57,676 nt of DNA from a virus (lineage: Duplodnaviria > Caudoviricetes): positions 1 through 57,676 of the IMG/VR virus record IMGVR_UViG_3300037760_000045; one strand, given 5' to 3'. A model generated the notes under the pieces. That model was not told the DNA's origin, did not search any database, and worked only from the letters and a program-made list of their open reading frames with translations. Made by a program: the position numbers and the translations under genes. Positions 57,586-57,676 of the stretch are shown piece after piece (position 1 is the stretch's first letter; each line of letters begins with the position of its first letter).

Positions 57586-57676
57586 CTGAGGTTGTCGAAT
57601 GGACCGATGACGGTAAGCCGCTTAAGTGGGTAACGTCAAAGGAGGTTGAATGGGATGATGAAGAAAGGGATTTGTA
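57550..57676. repeat. Terminal direct repeat, identical to 1-127
   Basis: Direct sequence identity. Confidence 0.95.

Noticed and set aside
1-57676. Stop-codon reassignment, integrase/repressor, reverse transcriptase or diversity-generating retroelement
   Set aside because: Genes are intact and densely packed under the standard code; no recombinase or RT motifs and no template/variable repeat pair were noticed

Overview
The window is an apparently complete, circularly closed genome of a tailed (siphovirus-like) phage of an actinobacterial host. Positions 1-127 are identical to 57550-57676, so the unique length is about 57,549 bp. All credible genes are on the + strand. I saw no integrase, immunity repressor, tRNA gene or CRISPR array, so a lytic lifestyle is inferred. 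Gene order on the circle: terminase S/L, portal, a four-ORF insert with a 20-aa repeat protein, MuF, protease/scaffold, decoration protein, major capsid, connectors, major tail, tail chaperone with a -1 frameshift across the window junction, tape measure with M23 domain, Dit with LamG-like insert, PhoD-like/hub fusion, lysis cassette, an early region rich in structured non-coding segments, SNF2 helicase, Cas4-like nuclease, AAA ATPase, SSB-like protein, primase-MCM helicase, a DnaE-centred nucleotide-metabolism cluster, an LPXTG surface protein with small membrane proteins, RuvC-like resolvase and many small ORFs. The best candidates for undescribed biology are: (i) the DnaE-linked cluster as a possible non-canonical base pathway; (ii) two ~140-bp palindromic 5+5 octamer arrays about 19.8 kb apart; (iii) several long structured non-coding segments, one beside a DEDD-like nuclease gene; and (iv) a virion PhoD-type phosphoesterase fused to the tail hub. 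All calls come from motif reading by eye; no searches or folding programs were run.
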